Made by a program: the position numbers and the translations under genes. A DNA stretch of 60,815 nt from a virus. Taxonomy: Duplodnaviria > Caudoviricetes. The stretch lies in IMG/VR virus record IMGVR_UViG_3300045579_000055, positions 1 to 60,815 of that record. The stretch is one strand, 5' to 3'. Position 1 is the first letter of the stretch. Each line of letters starts with the position of its first letter. Below are positions 20,201-28,400 of the stretch, piece by piece. The notes below the pieces were generated by a model. It had not been told where the DNA came from and did not search any database. It was given only the letters and a program-made list of their open reading frames with translations.

Positions 20201-21783
20201 TGATCAAAAATATTAATGCTTCCATTTGATGCAACTAACTGTCCTACTGGCAAACCACTTAAACCTAAATCAGATGCGCTTTTATTTATTGAATAATCTA
20301 ACACCTTGTCGGAAAGATTCATTGCAAGTCTTGGAGAAATTTCAATAAGATCAAAAGTGGAATCTTTTGCAGTCATAGAATCTACAACAATCCTAACTCC
20401 AGAAATGTATTCAAACTCTCGATATTTAATTTTATTATCTAAAGAGTTGATAAATTTATCTGGGGAGGTTGCATCTGTAAGGAAGTTGGTTAACCTATCA
20501 ACAGTTTCATCCTGCACATACCATCCGTATTTTGGAGTTATAATTGTGTAGTCTGCGCCATTCCATATATAATATTTTCCTATATCATTTTCATTTTCTT
20601 TAATAAGATATGCATAGCCAATAACAGACTGCTCAGGAAGTAGTGTGTCACTTGAGTATACCTCGGCAAAAACAAATGTGTCTATCCATTCGTCTGGAAC
20701 GATAAAGCCATATGATATTTCAACATAGCCATCGCTTTTAATAATTGCAGAACCGTCTTTTCTTCTTTTTGATGGATCAAACGAAATAATATCTTGCCAA
20801 TTTCCTTCTTTTAAGAATTGAATTTTCCATCTGCTTGGAACTTTTTGATTTACCTCTCCATAAAATGGGTCAGCAAAAGAGCCTGTCGAGGAGGAGAATG
20901 GTCCAAGGTCTTCAGTGCCTGTATGGGTTTGCATTTTGATTACAACCCTGTTTGTTGGTATTTGCTCTTTGTATACCACGAAAGGACAAGCATCTTCTAT
21001 GGCATTTTGAACACCATTTATTTTTGATGCAATTCCATACTCAAAATTTTCTGCTACACCTTTCTTTTCTGTATTGTCCTTGTCAATAAATGTTTCGCTA
21101 AATCCATAGGAAACAGAAGCATCATTATATGTGTACTTATATCTAGTTTCAGTCCTGTATGATGTCCAATATTTAAACTTATCTTTTTTATCTGGCATAT
21201 AATATCTTGGTCTATCTGCCATAAACATATTTGGATAATGTAGTTTTCCATTTTCAAAATATACAGCCTTATTGATGCCAGATCTAGGTCTAAATCTTTC
21301 AAAGCAACTTTCTAAGGAGTATAGCGTTTGAGTTTTTTCTTTTTTAGTTAAAAATGTAGTTGGGGTATTATCATTTTCAAAAGTGCCATCTATTAAAACA
21401 TCAGCGTCTGTTGCTCCTGTATAAAAATTTCCAACATCATTAATATCAAAACTTGTAGGTAAAGAAGAGTATATAGAAGATGGTTGTTCTGTACTCACCC
21501 TCCATCGATTTCTAGTGTCCGTGTCAGAAATCTTACACTCATAAGTCGCACCTGAAGAAGATTTGCCTATTGCTCCAGCAGGTGAACAAAAAGCCCCTGG
21601 GGTAATGGTCCATACCGAACTTATTGGGTTTGGTGTTGAAGTTTGGGTTGGTCTATATCTATAATTACCAATATGCTTGATATTGTTTGTTCTGTTCATA
21701 TTTAATTCTGCAATAACTGCTGACTTATTTCTAACAGTATCAGCAGTCTCTAAAAAGGTTTGCAGGTCTTTGTCTTCAAACAT
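17236..21783 (-). CDS. Large tail tip/hub protein (~1515 aa)
   Basis: Second gene after the tape measure; C-terminal IPTIQLGDIVSVDY typical of tail hub proteins. Start placed at MFEDK. Confidence 0.65.
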   Translation of the reverse strand: MFEDKDLQTFLETADTVRNKSAVIAELNMNRTNNIKHIGNYRYRPTQTSTPNPISSVWTITPGAFCSPAGAIGKSSSGATYECKISDTDTRNRWRVSTEQPSSIYSSLPTSFDINDVGNFYTGATDADVLIDGTFENDNTPTTFLTKKEKTQTLYSLESCFERFRPRSGINKAVYFENGKLHYPNMFMADRPRYYMPDKKDKFKYWTSYRTETRYKYTYNDASVSYGFSETFIDKDNTEKKGVAENFEYGIASKINGVQNAIEDACPFVVYKEQIPTNRVVIKMQTHTGTEDLGPFSSSTGSFADPFYGEVNQKVPSRWKIQFLKEGNWQDIISFDPSKRRKDGSAIIKSDGYVEISYGFIVPDEWIDTFVFAEVYSSDTLLPEQSVIGYAYLIKENENDIGKYYIWNGADYTIITPKYGWYVQDETVDRLTNFLTDATSPDKFINSLDNKIKYREFEYISGVRIVVDSMTAKDSTFDLIEISPRLAMNLSDKVLDYSINKSASDLGLSGLPVGQLVASNGSINIFDHDQAFNENNPSSIIAKYVDSHVQFKFYEIIINVGGWDYWVPMKTLYSDSFPKADLVNKRISISLRDMYWYLESITAPEILMTEVSVSSAVSLLLDSIGFSNYTFRRVSNEKEMVMPFFFVAPDKSVAQVLQDLAISTQTAMFFDEYNNFVMMSKDYIMPTKEQRPTTFALKGTNDLYEDREIKNKTLDNAKLANIVSVSNESNTVYNGGTINYTVRHIQRSIGTLRQASLLEDERMYVYKPALLWEVSGTENTKSINNEVGTQSSYVLAAIPLSSNLSDKVPEVKNGIVINNTFSLGEAVYWITRYNGYFYSSGEVIKYDAVQYNVTGSGNVWISSVEEYQNYFSKLPFNGKIYPTGLVRIYSVPNYFEQEGILKLKNGPVAKHGRGQFGTTVVEHSAGISDYWKSEDNVKGCYMASEYLFETKTDLPQTTVASAGKTISNGASSDALARTSTRTGLIRNFLSTSLTGEITTQTQQVPGSVQASALSLTGPNFTTKDKPRDFVSYVHKPLTDKKYKHFGTRIRLVGKIENSSDRGQTANGAASYYVINGSTPDKNVTISGGSGGIAVMLNPTTNVGYYFEIAALGLNKLSEKEKQNVHNVLFYKVKSDNGKAIPLTLYKGLAKIIVDDGRFTGQSRLFAEENPTVYDLAVEYENIGNIRRFYLYINGTMVKTVDDSDPLPEYSNIALFTRGSSRAMFENVYALCNNYSQNTSFSLGTVVNSVFADSDIDASNSFRKYAMSGLIQSTYLSGIGSSEPPKYDIYFEEFGSIMREVAEFSFKYDKAFPALTAKISPTFNKIKGFVISGFRAGSYGAEFLVFNATDTALNLDETSGNYLRIQGITFTQQSSNTLTVDQYFNKNSVMSDPKFVADKLISNPFKFKLDYEDIKFSRMQHGRKDFSLDAAYIQSQDEASELMKWLVTKISKPRKALGVKIFSIPTIQLGDIVSVDYKENGIDIAADSSNRFVVYNIDFSRNSNGPEMQLFLSEVV

Positions 21784-22424
21784 TATACTTCTTCCAAGGT
21801 TACTGAGACATTCCAATAGTCAAACTTAGTTCCTCTTTTTTCAACTGAATAAGAAAAGTCAGTAATAAACATTTCAATCAATTGATTGTACTGCCGAAGA
21901 TGATCATATGGCGCTTCTGTTCCTTTAAAAATTCCTTTTCTATCATATGCAAGAAATACCCAGAAAGAACCTTTGTGTGCATCATACCACTCAAGCATGT
22001 CAGCACCACCTGCCCCCCCATCTGTTGTGTAGGACCTTTTTGGAGAAAGCCCACTAATTGTGTCAAATGTGGGAACATCATCGTGAGACCTAGAAGGAAT
22101 CAATGTCCAACTAGTACTTAGAGTGAGTTTGTCTGAAATATGATATGATCTCATGCGACCATTAATCATTCTTTCTCTTTTTTCTATTCTTTCATTTTTA
22201 AACTGTATTGGCTGCCTATTGTCATCAGTTATCAGTAGGAATTGATCTGCTAATGATGGATCTTCTATTCCTTCTGGATCTGCCCCGATTTCATAGCCAT
22301 TAGGAACATAAATTCCATTTTGCAAAGTGCCAGTATTTTCTGACCAAAGCATACCGCTTGGTCTATAATATTTTTGACGACCAAGCATGTAAGTAACTCT
22401 TGGGTCTATCACTTCTTCAACCAT
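21783..22424 (-). CDS. Distal-tail-like minor tail protein
   Basis: Immediately after the tape measure; ERMINGRMRSYH...WNVSVTLEEV. Confidence 0.6.
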   Translation of the reverse strand: MVEEVIDPRVTYMLGRQKYYRPSGMLWSENTGTLQNGIYVPNGYEIGADPEGIEDPSLADQFLLITDDNRQPIQFKNERIEKRERMINGRMRSYHISDKLTLSTSWTLIPSRSHDDVPTFDTISGLSPKRSYTTDGGAGGADMLEWYDAHKGSFWVFLAYDRKGIFKGTEAPYDHLRQYNQLIEMFITDFSYSVEKRGTKFDYWNVSVTLEEV

Positions 22425-25400
22425 TTAATGACACTCCTCTAATTCGTCTATTCTCAACATTTTTAATTGTCGACATAACTGCTTGTGCAATCTCGTTAGG
22501 ATTTGCATCAGTTTTAGCGTTAACTGTTAATGTGTATGTATTATTATACACTGCTCCGCCAACTGGCTTTCCGCTATTTAATGACTTCATTGTGTCGACG
22601 CCGTGAGTATTTACAGCATACTTACTCATTACAAATTCTCCAGGGGTAAGCATTGCAGGAACAGTATCAGTTCCTTTAGCAAATCCTCCACGAGCAAAGA
22701 ACTTAGGAATTAAGCCACCCTTTGATATATATCCAAACTTTTGTCGTCTATCAGCAATAATGTTTAGTCCAGTATTAAATCTTAATGCACTTTCTGCTGC
22801 TGCCAATTGTGCTGCTATTGATGCTGCTCCAATAGCCCCAGACTCTCCTGATGCTAATGCACTTGGATTTACTCCTGCTGCAGCAATGGCTGCTGCATTC
22901 ATATCTCCCGCTGCTTTGGCTAGAGCGTATGCGTCTGCTGCTGCTTTTGATGCTGCTGCTGCATCTGTAGTTGCCCCAACTATTGCATCAGTTGCTGCTT
23001 TGTCTGCTGCTACGCTTGCTGCTGCTGCAGCAGCGTTTGCTACAACTGCTGATTGTGCATTTTTAACAGAAACTGGTGTTGAGTTATATTCTTTTAACTT
23101 AGCAAGTATGCTTGCCCACTTTGCGTCAATCGCAGCGGTTGATGCAAGCAACGCTCCTAGTACAGCATCAAAATCTTTTCCTGCAAGAGAGTTTGCTGCA
23201 ATTTTTGCTTTTATGGCATCCCACTCTAACTTAGTTTTATCTAGAACTGTTAGTTCTGAAACAAGTTTATCTATTTGTGCCTGTATTAGTTCGTTGGCAA
23301 AAGTTAGGTCTGCAATTTTATCTTCTAACGGCTCAAGTTGATTCTTTTGTATTTCAAAAATAGCATCTTCTTTTTTCTGAATCTCAAGAAGTTTTGCTTC
23401 ACGTGCTTCTTCTAAATCATAAATCTGATCTTCCAGATTTCTAATGTCTTGAAGAATTGTAACTCGTCTTGGATCGTTTTCCATTTGATAAAGTTTTTGA
23501 GAATTCTCAAACTGCTTTTGATCAATTTCTTCTTGAGACAAACCAGTCTCTGCTCCTCTAAGGCCTCTAATTTCATTTTCTCTTGACTGCTGCAAAGCAT
23601 CAGCCACAGATCCACTAAACCTTTGTGCTGATTGTGCACGAGCATCTTGTGCTGCTTTTGCTGCTGCCGATATATCTCCACTGGTTAGTGCGCCTGCAAT
23701 ATCAAGTTGACTCTTTTGTTGATTGAGAATTTCTTCATTAACTTCTGCAACCTTAGCAAGAGCCTCTGCTTGCTTGTCATATTCTTTATTAATTTGCTCT
23801 GCTTGATTAGCCATAATTGCAGAGTCATTAGACATCTTCGCATTTTGCTTGTTAATTTCCTCCATGGCACGATCACCAAATTCTGGATCCATCTCCAAAA
23901 TTCTTTGCTTATCGCTAATTTTTTCTTGCATTTCTTCTATAGGTCTTGTATAATTCTTTTCAATATCTTTTTCTATATCTCTAATCTCACGATTAATTAA
24001 CTCGATTTGACGCCTAAAACCTTTTGCTGCTATTTCTGCATCTTGAATTTGCTTATTGTTAGCGTTCATTTGCTGAACCATACCCGATGTTCTTGGGTCT
24101 GCGCCTGTTCTTAGCATTTCTTCCTGCACAGAAAACATCTCATCTACAAGATCCATACCAGGCTGAGCAGACTCAGAATATTTTCCAGAGTTATAATTTA
24201 CTTGAATATCAATAATTTTCTTTGCTTCAATAGAGTTTAAATAGTCAGCAATTTCTTGAGCATCAACCTTTCCATCCTTTAAGTCTTCAATCAAGTGTTT
24301 TGCAAGTGCTGGGTCATTCAAAACTTCAGACATCTGATCTGCAGAGAAGCCTGCTGCCTGCATTGCTGTTCCAAGTTTAGGCATCTGCTCAAGAAGTTTA
24401 AACTCTTCGTTAGCCTGAATCATTTTTTGCTTAAGAGCAAACCTTTCTGTTTCATCAGTAGCCTTTTTAAGATCTTCAATATACTGCTTTCTTTCCTTGC
24501 TTCCCTTTTTGCCAAGTGCTCCTGCTGCAATTGCTGCTGCAGTAGCAGCATCCTGAACATGTTCTAATGCTTCTGTTGCAGTCGCTCCTTCTGAAATTAA
24601 AATTCTAAAAGCCTTCTCCTGATTTGCAACTTGCTCTACCGCTTCTCTATTAACGACGTTAGCCTCTCCTACAATAGCCTCGTTGTAGGTTCTCATAATC
24701 TTTTTACCAGTGCCAGTAAATCCTTTTATGTTTGCCTTTGTTTTTGGCTTACCTTTTTCAAATTCAAATATAGCCTTTTTGCCTTTAAGATTTGCCAGTT
24801 TCTTAAAGTCTTCTGAAGACATAGAGGCAATCATATCTCTAAATTCTTTTGGAGCCTTTAGATTTATAAGTCTTTGCTGCAAACCATCAAACAAGTCAAA
24901 TGCACGAGAAATATCCTTTTGTGCTTTTTTGCTACCGAATGCAGCAAGCATAGACTGTAGTGGCTTGGTTGCATCAAATGCCCCATCACGAACATTTTTA
25001 ATTCTCATTGCAAGGTCATCAAGGAAGTCTAATGGGTTTGACCCCTTACCACCATCAGGAGTAGTGTCAACAGGGGCACCGAGAGATGTCAATCCTCCAA
25101 CAGAACTGGTTTCTAGTTTTTGTACTGCCATTTGTTCTGGGCTAAGTTTTGCTAATTCTTTTTTAAATTCTGCGACAATTTCTAAGTATCTAGCACTTCC
25201 ATATGCAACTCCATCTGCTGATGCCTTTTGGAAAGCCAATGTACTTGCTAACTGTTCTCTGTCTGCTTCCCTCATTGCATCTGTTACTGTTGACTCATAA
25301 GCAAACTGTGTAGCAAGTTTTTGTAAGTATTCTGCCTGACCGTCTAAACTTAGTTTTTGGAATTCCTTGTATCTTTCTGTATTTGCTTTAAGGGCATCAA

Positions 25401-28400
25401 TTGCTGCTGCTTGTGCAGGGTTGACAGCCTTTGCTGCCTCAAGGTCCATATTCTTTTCACCCTTTTTGGCTGCTTCTTCTTTTAATTTTTCAATATTATC
25501 CATTTGTGTTTTTAGTGTTTCAATTCCTTCTAAACCAATTGTATTTACCAAAACCTCAAAGTCAATAGTGTTTCCATCCAATGATTGAATGCCCTTTAGG
25601 GTTTCCATAATTGCATCAAACTCTTTTGGATCTTTCTTGTTCATAATAATTGTAGTAATTATGTTTTGTGCTTTCTTTCTTCCCTTGCTACTAAAGCCTG
25701 CAAACATGTTAAACAATTCTTTTGTTTTTGCTGCACCCTGAGTTTTAAGCCCAGCATTAAGCAGCAGATCTAGTTGTGGAAGTTTGCCAGTAAATAGATC
25801 CATATAACTTGTTGCTTCTCCTGGACTTAGAACCTTGCTTCCAACAAGCATTTCCATTTTTGCCTGGAATCTTTGTGCTGCCTGTTTTGTTCCTAGTCCA
25901 GTTTTTACATATTGTCCAGTCTTATCATTATATTTACCAGTGACTGTATCTGTAGTAAGTCTTTCAGTTTTATTTAAAAACTTCTTTGCAGCATCTTCTT
26001 GATCTGTACCCTTGTATGTTGACTCAACCTGTGATCTAGATGCATCAAAGAATGCATCTTCACGCATAGCCTGTTTGCCCCAAACGGAATTGCTATAAAC
26101 CTTGTCAAAACTTGCTTGACTTTTAGCAATTTGATTAACAATAAGACTATTCATCTTTTCAGTATCTGCTACATTTTGAGTATTTAGTTTTTTAATTTTT
26201 TCTTCAATGTCTAATTTCTTTTGTGCATTTGTTGTTGACGCTAACTCTGTTTCTAGTTTTTTCTTTTGAGTTTCATATTCGAACTGAACCTGGTCAGCCA
26301 TCATTGTTGCCATTTCGATATTGTTCATATTCAGTGCTGCTAATGCTGCAACCTGTTTTCTTGAACTTTCAAACAATCCAGATTTTTGACTAATTTCATT
26401 TTCAAGTTTATCAGTTCTAACATTTGCTTTTGCAACAAGCATTATTCTAGTTTCAATTGGACTATCTTTTAGGTTCTTTCCATCTGGTCCAAGTAATGTA
26501 ACTATCTGTCCAATTATCTGTGATTCAATTTTTTGATCGCCAAGTTCTAAAGCAAGGTTGCTTGCAATACTATTTGCTGCATTCATATCTAAAACACCGT
26601 CTGCAACAGCAGTTGAAAGTTTTAATGCTAGATCTGAAACAGCCTTGTCGTTACCAAAGTCTTTAACATTTTGCTGGAACAGTGCCTTTTCTTTTTTACC
26701 AGGATCTGACCCTAGGAACTGCTTTCCAAATGTGTCATCAATCTTTGTTGTTTCGTTGTATTTCCCATACTGGCTAGACTGTCTGCGCTTATCCATTATT
26801 TCGGATGCGCCAACCTTGCCACTTATTTCACCTATTGCCTGAAGTCCACTTCTTGTTGCTGAAAGGTCTTTTGCAAATTGTGCTGCCTTACCTGCCATAG
26901 CATTAAGGTGCTTATTAAATAAGTATGCTCCTGCTGCAACTGCTGCTAGTGCTACTACAATACCCTGCGGTCCTGTGAGGCCTGCAAGCATTGGTGCAAA
27001 CTGTGCAACTGTTGCTACTGCTCCTAGACCAGCAACTACTTGTGGTGGGGCTCCTGCCATACCCGCAACCATCGCTGCTGTTCCTGCTGCTCCTGAAATC
27101 TTGCCAGACACTCTTCCAACTTTTTCTCTTCTCATGCCTCGCTTTTTTTGAGCAATTTGTTTTTCTGAAAGAGTTGTTGGCTGCTTCTTTCCGTCTGCAT
27201 CGAGTTCGGGATCAAATAAAATCTGTCCATTTTTATCTCTTGTGTAAGTGGATGCTTCCTCATATGCTTCAACAGAGCCCATTCTATTATCTACTGACTG
27301 GCTTCCAGGAGGAACAATTCCATTCTCTGCTGCTTGTCTTGCTGCTTCTTGAGCATTATATGCTTTTAGTCTGTCTAATTCTTTTCTTTTTTCTGCTTCT
27401 ATTTCTTCGTTTGTCTTTGCAATATTTGCTGAAGATTGTGCAATATCTTGTTGTGCAATACCTGCTTGATCCATTGAAGGAAGCATCTCTCCAAGGTTGT
27501 TATTTGCTGCATTGGTTAGTTGGTTGGTTGTGATCAGGTTAGACGTGTTTGTTGTTTGAGCATCTACTGCAGCCTGAGTCACATTGGCAAATTCGTCTGT
27601 TTCTTCTGCAACAATAACAGTTGAGTTTGCTAGGTTCTCTGTTTCCTTAGCAATTTCCTTACTCTGTACCTGTGTTTTCTTTGCTAAACTAACTCTAGTT
27701 TTTGTTGCTGTTTTTTCTGCTGGAAGTTCTACAGAACCCTTAGCGCCACGCTTACGTCTTTGTCTGTCAAGAGATTTAAGAACTTGTCTTTCATCACGCA
27801 TTTCTGGAGTATTAATGTCATCATAGAATGCTTTATTTCCAAGATCCATCTTTGAAACTTTTGATTGTGTTTCTGCTGCTGAAGGTATTGCAGCGTCAGC
27901 AAGTCTTGAAGACTGTGCCCTTACTGCAGGCTGTCCTTCTTCTAATCCTTGTGCAAGACCATCTGCAATATCTTTTCCAAGGCGTTTTGTTCTTTTTGAT
28001 GGTGATGCTGTTTCTGCTTTTTGTTCTGCATTAGTTATTTGAGCATCAACCCATGCAGCAAGTTCCTCACCAGTTGATAGTTGCATTCCTTCTTTTATAT
28101 CTTGTTTTGCAGCCATCATTTCTTTAAGTTTTGCTTCGCCTGGTGTAGGACCAGAACTATCTCTATATTTTCTAGTAGTTATAGGTCTAGTTATTGCTTC
28201 TCCTTCAAGTCTGTCTGCTACGTGTGCGAACTGATACTTGCCGTAGTTTTCTGGAACAGGAAGCCCTCTTTGTTCTAATTCCCACGGCATTGCTTGTTGG
28301 AATGGATCTGAGTTGTACGTAGGACCAGAATGACTTTCTCTACCGTCCCAACCTTTACGTTTGACAACCTCTCCACCAGTTTCTGGATCTATTGCTAAAT

